DNA of 35,941 bases from Fidelibacterota bacterium. GTDB lineage: Bacteria > Fidelibacterota > Marinisomatia > Marinisomatales > JABMOV01. The position numbers and the translations under genes were made by a program. Location of the stretch: positions 1-35,941 of the forward strand of contig JBHHUC010000019.1 of the NCBI GenBank assembly GCA_046861395.1, written 5' to 3'. Shown piece after piece: positions 1 to 9,837 of this stretch (positions are counted from its first letter, which is position 1; the number at the start of each line of letters is the position of its first letter). The notes under the pieces are model-generated. The model had not been told where the DNA came from, did no database searches, and was given only the letters and a program-made list of their open reading frames with translations.

Positions 1-1
1 C

Positions 2-547
2 CGACTCAACTATACTCTCAGTAAGAATAAAACTTCGTTACGGGTGAAAGGGTTTATGGGGCGTTACTGGTCAGCGGATGATTTACCCCGCCAGGAACAA
101 TTCAATATCGCCGGTGCAAATGCACAAGATCGCTATGCTTATCCTTACACCCGTCATCCGGACAGCTTCTATGGTATCAGTGATTTCAGCAATCATATCT
201 ATGTTCCCGGGGATGGAGGTATTCGGGGACTCACCGGCCAGGCGGCAGTGTTGTCTTCTCAGATCATCAGTGTGAATGTGGATATGAGTTATACAATTGT
301 GAGAACGCCCGTTAAGATTACCGGAGCGATATTTGCCGGTGTCGGCACAATATGGTCCGATCACTACGGTTTAGCGGATGGTGATGCAGCCGGCGCAGGA
401 GGTCTGTCGGTCATCCTCGAAAAATCGGTTTGGGAACGTCCCCTTTACTTGCGGATAGATGTACCGGCCTGGACGGTATGGAGCCGAACTGTATCCGGTG
501 AAGACCAGTCCTACACGTATCTGATCAGTTTTTCCCGGTCAATTTAA
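2..547 (+). CDS. 5'-truncated CDS; C-terminal part of a probable outer-membrane beta-barrel / surface protein
   Basis: Frame is open from base 2 (RLNYTLSKNKTSLRVKGFMG...) to TAA at 545-547. Alternating hydrophobic strands (LYLRIDVP, YTYLISFS) and a Phe near the C-terminus are barrel-like. The family cannot be assigned from this fragment. Confidence 0.5.
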   Translation, partial: RLNYTLSKNKTSLRVKGFMGRYWSADDLPRQEQFNIAGANAQDRYAYPYTRHPDSFYGISDFSNHIYVPGDGGIRGLTGQAAVLSSQIISVNVDMSYTIVRTPVKITGAIFAGVGTIWSDHYGLADGDAAGAGGLSVILEKSVWERPLYLRIDVPAWTVWSRTVSGEDQSYTYLISFSRSI

Positions 548-621
548 CATTTTGGAACCGTACGGAATTCGTCGAAAATGTGATCCAGCTATCCTATGGT
601 AAAAAAACTATCTTTATGATG

Positions 622-649
622 TTGACAAAATAAATGGATGGTGTAAATT
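622..649 (+). promoter_or_regulatory. Putative sigma70-type promoter for the 724..4872 gene
   Basis: Perfect TTGACA (622-627), 16-nt spacer, TAAATT (644-649) in an AT-rich intergenic region; GGAGG SD shortly before ATG 724. Confidence 0.45.
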
Positions 650-723
650 TCGCAGTATATATTCGACATTCAAGTCAATAAAGCATTGCAACGAATCACT
701 GAAAATATAACTAGGAGGGATCC

Positions 724-3700
724 ATGTTGAAAAGTTTGCAGTCCGCTGTGAGTTTGTTCCTTATTGTAACGGGCTCAATGGCATTTGCTCAGAATGCAGA
801 ATTGTGTGCTCCGTTTGGAGTATCCGTTTTTGGTGGAGATTCTGAGACAATCATCACTTGGGCAGAACCAATCGGGAATGTTGGTTGCGGAGACATGGGG
901 ATTCCTTCCCTGCCATTTACTGATGTGAATTCTAATGTTGGTTTATCCGATGACTGGGATGTCTCCGGTTCTGACGGTGCCGACTTTGCTTATACGCTGA
1001 ATGTTGCTTCTCCGGTCGTCTTGACGATCGATTTATGTTCGGCTTCGACGGATTACGATACCAAGCTGGAAGTCTTCACGGCCGATGGGGCCTGTGTGGC
1101 CACTTCCACCGGATACTATGATGATGACGGTCCGTTTGGTACATGCACCGAAAGTCCCGCTCCCTATACTCCCAGTTTACTGGAAAATGTATCTTTAAGC
1201 GCCGGCCAATACTATATTGTAGTTGATGGTTACGGTGGTGCGGAAGGGAATTATGAAATAACCGTTACACAGACCGGTCGTGCCGACCACTTTGATTACA
1301 AAGAAGCCGTAGCTGAGGAAGCAGAAAAAATTCGTTCCCTCGGCGGCGGACGGGAAGAAATTGACGCTCTCTGGGCCGATGCCCGTGATCATGGTGTCAA
1401 TCCAAATCCGACCCGTGATATTCCGCCGGAATGTGGAACCTTCCTTCGTTACAATGTTTATGATGCCGGTACCGGTACTTTAATCGATACGGTTTCCGGT
1501 GGTACCACATCCTACCAGCATACCGGATTAACCAATGGCCAGGAATACTGCTATTTTGTGACCGCCGTTTACTCCGAAGGTGAATCCGCCAACTCGGATA
1601 CGGCCTGTGCTATCCCGGCTCCCTTCGTACCGGATCCACCCACCAATGCCGCCGCTACCATCGGCGATGAAGAACTGACGCTTTCCTGGACCGATCCCTC
1701 CGTTCCTCAATTAGGCGTCGGATATGTGGAAACATTTGAAAATGCCGATTTAGCCGCCCTTTGGACCTGGGAAGGTGAGCGTTGGTCAATTGCAGATGGC
1801 GTTGGCAACCCTGGCTGGGGCGCGCGTTTTTACTGGTCACCTTCAGTTCAGACTTATGACGAAAGTATGTATTCCCCCATGATGCCCATTGGAGATACTA
1901 CCGATATTATCGTTACCTATGATTTATTCTTAAGCGATTTCGGGTCAACCGGTCTGGAACATTTATCGGTCGAAATTATGGTCGACACTGCCTGGGTGAT
2001 TCTGGCAGACTATGATAATTCGACTAACCTTGAATGGGCCACCTATACGCATACAGTTACAGGAATCAGTGGTTCTACCCAATTGCGTCTCCATGCCTAC
2101 GGCGATGATTCATTTGAAATCAACTGGTGGTATGTCGACAATATCGGCATTCTACCATCCACCAGCCGTGAAATCGGTAACAGTTCCATCGTAGCCACCA
2201 GTGATTATTTACCCGGCACTACAATGGATTTGAATTTCCATTTGAATTACGCCTCATCCGATGTTGAATATCTGGACGGTGCTTACCTGGTCCTGCCGGT
2301 AGGGTTTACGGTCAACAGCGCCACGGATATCGGCGGCCTGCTGTATAATGGCTTAACCGGCGATACACTATTCTGGGGCGAATGGAATGATGATGGTTTT
2401 GGCGAACAGTTCGCCGATGCCGATTTCTCCGTCAATGTTACGATTGCCGGTGGAACGGCCGGTCCGCAAACAGCTTATTGGGGCTTATCCGGTGATACCT
2501 GGGGTAGTGATCCTCATGATACGACCGGCACTCTTACCATCAATGAATCCACCTTTAATGAATATGATTTTGTTGGATACAATGTGTACCTGGACGGCGT
2601 ATTGCAGAATACTGCTCCCACAAATCAAACTTTTTGGTTGTTCTCCAATTTAACCAATCTGGTAACCTATGAATTAGGCGTTTCCGCTGTCCATTATCCG
2701 GCCTATGAGAGTGACACGGTGCTCGTTTCTGCAGCTCCGCAGTATCTCTTTGGTGATATTGCTGGATACATTCTTGATCCCAATGGGGATCCACTGGACA
2801 GTGCGGTTGTAACAGCCGGTGGTCTGAGTGATACTACCGGTGCGGACGGATATTATTTCCTTTGGAACCTATTACCGGGAACGTATACCGTCAAGGCAAC
2901 CCGGGATGGGTTTGAATTCACGGAAGATGTTGCCGAAGTGCTGGCCAGTCCCGATCCTACACTGGTCGATCTGACATTGCAACCCGCCCTGGCCCGTGCC
3001 AGTGGCGTTATAGCCATGGGTGGAGATCATCTGGTTGATCTGATCTGGCGTCTGCCCGGCGGTGAAACGGAATACGATCTCTGGTATTATGATGATATCA
3101 TTGAAGCGCAAATCGGTTGTGGAGGAGGATGTGAATTCGGTGTACGCTTTACGCCACCGTCCTATCCCGCTGAATTGCTCAGTTTACTCATCACCGTACA
3201 GGGTGATGCCAGTGTGGTTGACGGAAATATCATTGCCTACATTGATCCGGCCGGTGCCGCTGCTGGTCCGGTAGGAGATTTTGTCACCCTGGCCACGGGA
3301 TTGGATCTATCCAGTCCGGACGGATCAATGACACAATACTTCGTTGATTTAAGCGGTGTAGGTTTTGTGATCCCTTCGGGTGATGCCTACATTATGATTC
3401 AGGAAAACAATTCCGGATTCATGGGTATTGGTAATGACATTGATCCTCAGTCTCCTGAATTTTATGATCGTAACTGGGTATTTGCCGGCGGAGCCTATAC
3501 GACAATTTTTGATGCCGTTGGTGGTGATCCGACATTAACCGGTGATTTCGGAATGCTGGGGACTTTCTTCGGTGCTCCGGGGCGGTCCGTCACGGCCGAT
3601 GCCGGTGGTAATGAAGTTACTTTGCCGGAAATAGACCTGGTCGCAACCGCTCAGCCGGGTGTATTCCTGGTGCAATCCCCCGATCCGGTTGAAAACCGTT

Positions 3701-4872
3701 CCGTGGGATCCAATCCTGAGAATGTCAGTCTGCTGACCGACCCCTATGTCCCGACTCCGGCCGTTGAAACAGCCCGTGAAGACAGCCTGGTCGGCTTTAA
3801 GGTCTTCCAGGTGACTGGCCTCGGTGATACATTGGTGACGCAGACCGTGGGACAGGATACAACAGCGACCATTTTGGTTCCGGAAAATTATGTGGAATAC
3901 TGCTACAATGTGAAAGCAGTCTGGCAAACGGATCTCTACGGTGTGCTGGATTCCAAACCCTCTGGTGAGGCCTGTACCGTACCGTACACGACCGGTGATG
4001 CCGATTTCGACAGTGATGTTGATTTGAGCGATTTGGTGGCAGTGGTTGATTTCATTCTGGAAATCGCTACACCCACGGCTGACCAATTCCGGAATACTGA
4101 TGTTAATATGGATGGAGCAATCAACATTGCCGATGTGGTGATGATTGTGGATATCATTTACGGTGGAAGTGCGAGGATGATGGCCTTTGATGCTGATGCA
4201 CTTGCGACCCTGGAATTGGCTCCAATCGGTACCGACGCTTTCCGCGTTAATCTGGATTATTCCGGAATGGTTCGTGGACTGCAATTCTCCCTGGAGTATG
4301 ACGCCGATCAAATGTCATTACGTTCACCTCAACTGGTAAGAGCGCAGGACGATGTTATCGTATCTGTAAATGAATCGGAAAAAGGTGTAATGAATGTGGT
4401 TTTAATTAATCTTGGCGGTGGTGCACTGGATATTTCCTCCGGTTCCGTTCTGACCATACCGCTTGATTTTACCGGGAATGGCAATAAATCATCGGCTAAA
4501 ATTGCTCTGAGTAATACCGTTCTGGCCGGTCCAACTGGTGAGTTAATTCCCGTGGCCGTAAAATCCGGCACCATTGATGTTGCCGTGATGCCCGGAACAT
4601 TTGCCCTGCATCAGAATTATCCGAATCCGTTTAACCCGGTGACGGAAATTCGCTTTGATTTACCTGATGTCAGCAATGTTACCCTGACGGTATATAACCT
4701 GATGGGTCAGAAAATCCATACGCTGGTAAGTGGCGAACTGGAAGCGGGTTTTCATTCCATCATCTGGAATGGTACAAATGCCATGGGTAACCCGGTGTCT
4801 TCCGGAATGTATTTCTACATGATTGATGCCGAAAACTTCCACGATATGAAGAAGATGGTTTTACTGAAATAG
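724..4872 (+). CDS. Large secreted modular surface protein (FN3 repeats with inserted PPC-like/adhesin-like domains, carboxypeptidase-regulatory-like Ig domain, dockerin, cohesin-like domain, FlgD/T9SS-type C-terminal domain)
   Basis: Signal peptide (MLKSLQ...AFA|Q); FN3 motifs (YQHTGLTNGQEYCYFVTAVY; LTNLVTYELGVSAV); GDIAGYILDPNGDPLDSAVV...PGTYTVKATRDGF; duplicated Ca-binding dockerin motif GDADFDSDVDLSD...DVNMDGAINIADVV; C-terminal FALHQNYPNPFNP...SSGMYFY...KKMVLLK. Confidence 0.85.
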   Translation: MLKSLQSAVSLFLIVTGSMAFAQNAELCAPFGVSVFGGDSETIITWAEPIGNVGCGDMGIPSLPFTDVNSNVGLSDDWDVSGSDGADFAYTLNVASPVVLTIDLCSASTDYDTKLEVFTADGACVATSTGYYDDDGPFGTCTESPAPYTPSLLENVSLSAGQYYIVVDGYGGAEGNYEITVTQTGRADHFDYKEAVAEEAEKIRSLGGGREEIDALWADARDHGVNPNPTRDIPPECGTFLRYNVYDAGTGTLIDTVSGGTTSYQHTGLTNGQEYCYFVTAVYSEGESANSDTACAIPAPFVPDPPTNAAATIGDEELTLSWTDPSVPQLGVGYVETFENADLAALWTWEGERWSIADGVGNPGWGARFYWSPSVQTYDESMYSPMMPIGDTTDIIVTYDLFLSDFGSTGLEHLSVEIMVDTAWVILADYDNSTNLEWATYTHTVTGISGSTQLRLHAYGDDSFEINWWYVDNIGILPSTSREIGNSSIVATSDYLPGTTMDLNFHLNYASSDVEYLDGAYLVLPVGFTVNSATDIGGLLYNGLTGDTLFWGEWNDDGFGEQFADADFSVNVTIAGGTAGPQTAYWGLSGDTWGSDPHDTTGTLTINESTFNEYDFVGYNVYLDGVLQNTAPTNQTFWLFSNLTNLVTYELGVSAVHYPAYESDTVLVSAAPQYLFGDIAGYILDPNGDPLDSAVVTAGGLSDTTGADGYYFLWNLLPGTYTVKATRDGFEFTEDVAEVLASPDPTLVDLTLQPALARASGVIAMGGDHLVDLIWRLPGGETEYDLWYYDDIIEAQIGCGGGCEFGVRFTPPSYPAELLSLLITVQGDASVVDGNIIAYIDPAGAAAGPVGDFVTLATGLDLSSPDGSMTQYFVDLSGVGFVIPSGDAYIMIQENNSGFMGIGNDIDPQSPEFYDRNWVFAGGAYTTIFDAVGGDPTLTGDFGMLGTFFGAPGRSVTADAGGNEVTLPEIDLVATAQPGVFLVQSPDPVENRSVGSNPENVSLLTDPYVPTPAVETAREDSLVGFKVFQVTGLGDTLVTQTVGQDTTATILVPENYVEYCYNVKAVWQTDLYGVLDSKPSGEACTVPYTTGDADFDSDVDLSDLVAVVDFILEIATPTADQFRNTDVNMDGAINIADVVMIVDIIYGGSARMMAFDADALATLELAPIGTDAFRVNLDYSGMVRGLQFSLEYDADQMSLRSPQLVRAQDDVIVSVNESEKGVMNVVLINLGGGALDISSGSVLTIPLDFTGNGNKSSAKIALSNTVLAGPTGELIPVAVKSGTIDVAVMPGTFALHQNYPNPFNPVTEIRFDLPDVSNVTLTVYNLMGQKIHTLVSGELEAGFHSIIWNGTNAMGNPVSSGMYFYMIDAENFHDMKKMVLLK

Positions 4873-4894
4873 TTAAAACCTGACAGAATCCAAG

Positions 4895-4930
4895 TAAAAC
4901 AGCCCCGAACTCCGGGGCTGTTTTATTTTT
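4895..4930 (+). terminator. Rho-independent terminator
   Basis: TAAAACAGCCCCG-AACTC-CGGGGCTGTTTTA perfect 13-bp stem followed by a T-run, about 20 nt after the stop. Confidence 0.9.
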
Positions 4931-4995
4931 AGGGAACAAGACTATCCGTTCAACGTAATGCAGACAAATTATATAACAATGATTTGGAGATTTTC

Positions 4996-6384
4996 ATGAC
5001 TAAAAAGTTCTTCATTTTTTTCATCGCCGCGTTTTCGCTGGCAGTCAGTCAAAACCCTATTGTCAATCAATTCAGCCAGGCCCTGGCCGATATTGCCGAA
5101 CGAGCAAATCCGGCAGTAGTCACGATTAAGATTGAAAAAACCATTCGTATGGATACGTTTCATAATAATTCCCCTTTTGAAGAAAGGTTTATGCCGTTCT
5201 TTCAATTTCCTCGTGAATTCAATAGTAATGCATTGGGATCCGGGGTCATCGTGGACGCGAAAAACGGATACGTCCTGACCAATAATCACGTCGTAGAGGG
5301 AGCCGATGATATTATCATTACCTTAATTGATAAACGGGAATTCAAAGGTGAAATTATCGGTACCGATCCAAAATCAGATCTGGCCGTTGTTAAAATTGAT
5401 GGCGATGATCTTACTGCTCTTCCCCTAGGAAATTCAGATAAAATCCGAGTCGGGGAATGGGTCTTGGCCATTGGCAGCCCTTTCTCTCCAAATTTAAGCC
5501 ATACCGTCACAGCCGGCATTATAAGTGCTCTGGGTCGTAGTAATATCATTTCGAATCAAAACTATGAGGATTTCATTCAAACGGACGCGGCCATTAATCC
5601 CGGAAATAGTGGTGGTGCCTTATTAAATATGAAAGGTGAATTGATTGGTATCAATACCGCGATTGCTTCCGGTGGGGTGGAAAAAGCCAATCGCGGGGTA
5701 GGATTTGCCATTCCTTCCAATATGGCCAAAAAGGTCATGAGTGATTTATTGGAGTACGGGTATGTTGTTCGTTCCTGGTTGGGCGTCATCATTCAACCCA
5801 TTAACCCGAAAGTGGCCAAAGGTCTGGATCTTGATTTCCTGGATGGTGCCCTTGTTGGGAACGTTATGGAAGACAGTCCGGCGGATAAAGCTCGTATCAG
5901 GGAAGGAGATGTCATCATCGAATTCCAGGGTGTACACGTAAAAGATCCGTCTCATCTGAAAAATATTGTTTCGTCAACGCGTCCGGGAACCAAGGCACGG
6001 GTTGTGGTATATCGTGACGGGAAGAAGAAGGAAATTAAAGTCACTCTGGAGGAGCTGGAAAATGAACCACGGGTCTTTGCCGGTAAAATGCCGGGCGGCG
6101 GAAACTATGGTATGCAGGTTCAGGATTTATCACCGTCGATAGCGGAACAGTATGGCTTGGATAATGATGAAAAAGGTGTAATCGTTACCGACGTGAGTCG
6201 CCGCAGTCAGGCCGAAAAAGCTGGTATCATGATTGGCGACCTGATTACTCGGATCGGTCGTAAGAATGTTTCTTCCGTTAAAGAATTCCGGGAACTCATG
6301 GGAACGGCCGCGAAGGATGATACGATTATCCTGTTGGTAAAACGTGACGGCATATCGCGGTTCTACACACTGGATCTTAAGTAG
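4996..6384 (+). CDS. degP: Do/DegQ family (HtrA) serine endopeptidase with two PDZ domains
   Basis: Signal peptide; catalytic triad motifs LTNNHVV, SDLAVVK, QTDAAINPGNSGG; two PDZ domains. ATG 4996 has a GGAGA SD at 4986-4990 and is preferred over TTG 4984. Confidence 0.93.
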   Translation: MTKKFFIFFIAAFSLAVSQNPIVNQFSQALADIAERANPAVVTIKIEKTIRMDTFHNNSPFEERFMPFFQFPREFNSNALGSGVIVDAKNGYVLTNNHVVEGADDIIITLIDKREFKGEIIGTDPKSDLAVVKIDGDDLTALPLGNSDKIRVGEWVLAIGSPFSPNLSHTVTAGIISALGRSNIISNQNYEDFIQTDAAINPGNSGGALLNMKGELIGINTAIASGGVEKANRGVGFAIPSNMAKKVMSDLLEYGYVVRSWLGVIIQPINPKVAKGLDLDFLDGALVGNVMEDSPADKARIREGDVIIEFQGVHVKDPSHLKNIVSSTRPGTKARVVVYRDGKKKEIKVTLEELENEPRVFAGKMPGGGNYGMQVQDLSPSIAEQYGLDNDEKGVIVTDVSRRSQAEKAGIMIGDLITRIGRKNVSSVKEFRELMGTAAKDDTIILLVKRDGISRFYTLDLK

Positions 6385-6408
6385 GATATTTCAATTATTT
6401 CACAGGGT

Positions 6409-6434
6409 AAGGCTCCCGGAAGGGAGCCTTTTTC
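6409..6434 (+). terminator. Rho-independent terminator
   Basis: AAGGCTCCC-GGAA-GGGAGCCTT stem with a GNRA loop followed by T residues, after the degP stop. Confidence 0.85.
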
Positions 6435-6519
6435 TTGTTGTCTATTCATTGGAAAACCTTTTTCCTGCCAGTAATTTCCTGCTCTGAATAATATTTGAAA
6501 ATAGGTATTTACACGAGAA

Positions 6520-9500
6520 ATGACGATCAGGAAAGTTGATCCCAAAGTAGACTTTGTAGCCCTTGAACACCGGATTCTTGAGTTCTGGAAAAAGCACAGT
6601 ATTTTTGAAAAACGGCGGGCCGCCAATGAAGGAAAACAACGCTGGAGTTTTCTGGATGGGCCCATAACCGCCAATAATCCCATGGGCGTTCATCATGCCT
6701 GGGGCAGAACGCTGAAGGATATTTATCAGCGCTACCATGCCATGAAAGGCTATGATTTACGCTACCAGAATGGGTTTGATTGCCAAGGATTGTGGGTGGA
6801 AGTTGAAGTGGAAAAGGAGCTGGGCTTCAAAACCAAGCGCGAAATTGAAGAATTCGGGATTGAGAAATTTGTCAATCTCTGTAAAGCGCGGGTCGAAAAA
6901 TATTCACAGATCCAAACCGAACAATCCATCCGACTGGGATATTGGATGGATTGGGATAATTCCTATTATACCATGTCCGATGAGAATAATTACACCATTT
7001 GGGCTTTTCTGAAAAAATTATTCGACCAGGGGAAAATATACCGGGGAAATGATGTTGTGCCATGGAGTGGAAGATCCGGTACATCGTATTCCCAGATGGA
7101 AATCATCGAAGGCCGGAAGCTGGTGGCCCATGAAGCGGTATTTGTGCGTTTCCCTTTACGAAACCGGACGAAAGAATATTTACTTGTTTGGACTACCACT
7201 CCCTGGACCCTGACTTCCAATGTTGCCGCCGCTGTCAATGTTGATCTGGATTACGTAGCCCTGCGGGCCGTTGACGGATCAATTTATTATTTCGCCAAGG
7301 ATAATCTGAAATATTCCCGCCTGGAAAAACAGTATAAGGAAAAGAAGAACTGGGTGGATGGTGTTCCCAAGTTGAAAACAATTGAACAAATATTCAAGGA
7401 GCACGGCGGTTATACCATTGAACGCACCTTAAAAGGGGCTGAAATGGTTGGTTGGGAATATGAGGGGCCATTTGATCATCTGGATCCCCAGCGATCTCCG
7501 GGTGGCTATCCCTATGTTGATTCGCAGCTGAAGGAACAGGGCATTCGTGGGGTTGATTGCCACCGTGTCATTGATGGGGGAAAGGACCGGGAAGGTAACG
7601 CCATCGTGGTGGCGGGTGAAGGAACGGGTATTGTACACATTGCACCGGGTTGTGGCGACATTGATCATCGTATTGGAAAGCAAAAGGGATTAGTTAATAT
7701 TGCTCCGTTGGACGAAGAATCCAAATATATTGATGGTTTTGGCTGGTTAACCGGCCGACGGGCCACGGATGAAGAAACGAAAAATGCCATCATCAACGAC
7801 TTGAAAGAACGGGGTATTCTGGTCTATGCCGAACAATATCCTCACATCTATCCCCATTGCTGGCGGTCGGGGGATGAACTTGTATTCCGGATTGTCGACG
7901 AATGGTATATCAATATGGACTGGCGGGATAAAATTAAAAAAATTGTCGATGATATCGAATGGAAACCGGAATGGGGCCGGGACCGTGAGCATGAATGGTT
8001 GGATAACATGGGCGATTGGATGATATCCAAAAAACGGTTTTGGGGGTTGGCTCTTCCGATTTGGACCTTTCCGGATGGTAGCTTCTACGTCGTGGGGTCA
8101 AAAGAAGAATTAAAAGAACTGGCGGTGGAAGGCTGGGAAGAATTTGAAGGCCACAGCCCTCACCGACCCTGGATTGATAAAGTCAAGATCCGTCATCCGG
8201 AGACCGGACTGGTCGGCACCCGGATCAAGGATGTGGGGAATCCCTGGCTGGATGCTGGTATTGTCCCTTATTCGACGATGGGATATTTGTCCGATCGAGA
8301 GTATTGGAAAAAATGGTTCCCAGCCGATTTCATTACGGAATGCTTTCCGGGACAATTTCGGAATTGGTTTTACTCTCTGTTGGCCATGAGCGCCTTGCTG
8401 GAAGGAAAAGCGCCATTTAAAACCTTGTTGGGACATGCTCTGGTAAAAGATGAAACCGGCAGGGATATGCATAAGTCCTGGGGGAATGCGATCTGGTTCG
8501 ATGAGGCAGCCGAAAAAATGGGTGTTGATGTTATGCGCTGGATGTATACCAATCAGAACGTGGAACATAATTTACTGTTTGGTTATAAACACGCCGACGA
8601 AGTCCGGAAGAAACTCATCACTCTCTGGAATGTGTATTCCTTTTTTGCCACATATGCTGCCGTGGATGGATTTTCGCCCCGACCGGATGAACTTAAGAAT
8701 CAAAAACTAAATTTACTGGATCGTTGGGTTCTGGCGAAACTGCATAAACTTATTGGGGATGCCGATCGTCACATAAACCACTTCCAGGCTGATCGTTTCA
8801 TGCGGAAAGTGGACCGGTTCATGGAGGACCTTTCCAACTGGTATGTCCGACGCAATCGGCGCCGTTTCTGGAAGAGCGAAGACGACAGCGATAAGCAGGC
8901 CGCTTACTATACCCTGTATGAGGTCCTGGTAAACCTGATCAAACTCCTGGCTCCGGTTTTGCCCTTTGTAACGGAAGAAATATATCAGAATATTGTGCGC
9001 AATGCATTACCCGATGCCCCGGAAAGTGTTCATCTCTGTGATTTCCCCGTCGCTGATGACAGCTGGATTGATGAATCCGTAATAACCAACGTGGATGCAT
9101 TGAAACGTGTGATTGAGCTGGGTCGATCAGCCCGGAATAAAGCCAATCTGAAGATCCGGCAACCCCTGGAGCAAATAACCGTGGTCCTGGATGATGACGC
9201 GGTGGCTGATTTCCTGCTGGAACACAAGGATATACTCCTGGATGAATTAAACGTGAAACATATGAGACGTGGTAAGGACGAATCAGAATTGATCGAACGG
9301 CAGATTAAACCCAATCTTCCGGTTCTTGGTCAGCAATTTGGACGGGAACTGCCGCAGATCAGATTGGCCTTGGCTGAAACTGATTCCAGCCAGCTTATCC
9401 GTGAAATGCAGGAAAATGGCGGATATTCGTTGGAGGTTAACGGGAAAGTAGTTAAGCTTGGACCGGATACCATCATGGTTGAAGTCACTTCCAGACCAGG

Positions 9501-9828
9501 ATATACGGCGGCGGAAAGTAATGGCCTTGTCGTAGGGCTCACGACCGCTCTGTCTGATGCGCTCAAAAGGGAAGGTTTGGTCCGTGATGTGATTCGATTC
9601 GTACAAATCTTGCGAAAGGATGCCGGATTTGCGGTGGAAGATCGCATCATGATTTATGCCGATTTCCCTGCTGAAATTCATTCCGCAATCCAGGACTTTT
9701 ATGATTATTTTTGCACGGAAACGCTAACTGTTGGAATGGATACTTATGCTCCCGGTGAATTTTCACGGGAAATAACGGTTCGTGATCAGTCATTTATGAT
9801 TGGGATGAAACGTGTGAGTGTTAATTGA
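6520..9828 (+). CDS. ileS: Isoleucine--tRNA ligase (type 2, IleRS2)
   Basis: DGPITANNPMGVHH signature, GFDCQGL, WTTTPWT editing motif, GTGIVHIAPG, DWMISKKRFWG, KMSKS equivalent DMHKS, LSNWYVRRNRRRFW; 1102 aa with the long IleRS2 C-terminus. Confidence 0.97.
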   Translation: MTIRKVDPKVDFVALEHRILEFWKKHSIFEKRRAANEGKQRWSFLDGPITANNPMGVHHAWGRTLKDIYQRYHAMKGYDLRYQNGFDCQGLWVEVEVEKELGFKTKREIEEFGIEKFVNLCKARVEKYSQIQTEQSIRLGYWMDWDNSYYTMSDENNYTIWAFLKKLFDQGKIYRGNDVVPWSGRSGTSYSQMEIIEGRKLVAHEAVFVRFPLRNRTKEYLLVWTTTPWTLTSNVAAAVNVDLDYVALRAVDGSIYYFAKDNLKYSRLEKQYKEKKNWVDGVPKLKTIEQIFKEHGGYTIERTLKGAEMVGWEYEGPFDHLDPQRSPGGYPYVDSQLKEQGIRGVDCHRVIDGGKDREGNAIVVAGEGTGIVHIAPGCGDIDHRIGKQKGLVNIAPLDEESKYIDGFGWLTGRRATDEETKNAIINDLKERGILVYAEQYPHIYPHCWRSGDELVFRIVDEWYINMDWRDKIKKIVDDIEWKPEWGRDREHEWLDNMGDWMISKKRFWGLALPIWTFPDGSFYVVGSKEELKELAVEGWEEFEGHSPHRPWIDKVKIRHPETGLVGTRIKDVGNPWLDAGIVPYSTMGYLSDREYWKKWFPADFITECFPGQFRNWFYSLLAMSALLEGKAPFKTLLGHALVKDETGRDMHKSWGNAIWFDEAAEKMGVDVMRWMYTNQNVEHNLLFGYKHADEVRKKLITLWNVYSFFATYAAVDGFSPRPDELKNQKLNLLDRWVLAKLHKLIGDADRHINHFQADRFMRKVDRFMEDLSNWYVRRNRRRFWKSEDDSDKQAAYYTLYEVLVNLIKLLAPVLPFVTEEIYQNIVRNALPDAPESVHLCDFPVADDSWIDESVITNVDALKRVIELGRSARNKANLKIRQPLEQITVVLDDDAVADFLLEHKDILLDELNVKHMRRGKDESELIERQIKPNLPVLGQQFGRELPQIRLALAETDSSQLIREMQENGGYSLEVNGKVVKLGPDTIMVEVTSRPGYTAAESNGLVVGLTTALSDALKREGLVRDVIRFVQILRKDAGFAVEDRIMIYADFPAEIHSAIQDFYDYFCTETLTVGMDTYAPGEFSREITVRDQSFMIGMKRVSVN

Positions 9829-9837
9829 GAGGAAACC

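Noticed and set aside
3535..4311. Long antisense ORFs (also 10811..11467, 30704..31357, 33260..33901)
   Set aside because: They are shadows of well-supported genes on the opposite strand and contain no recognisable motifs.
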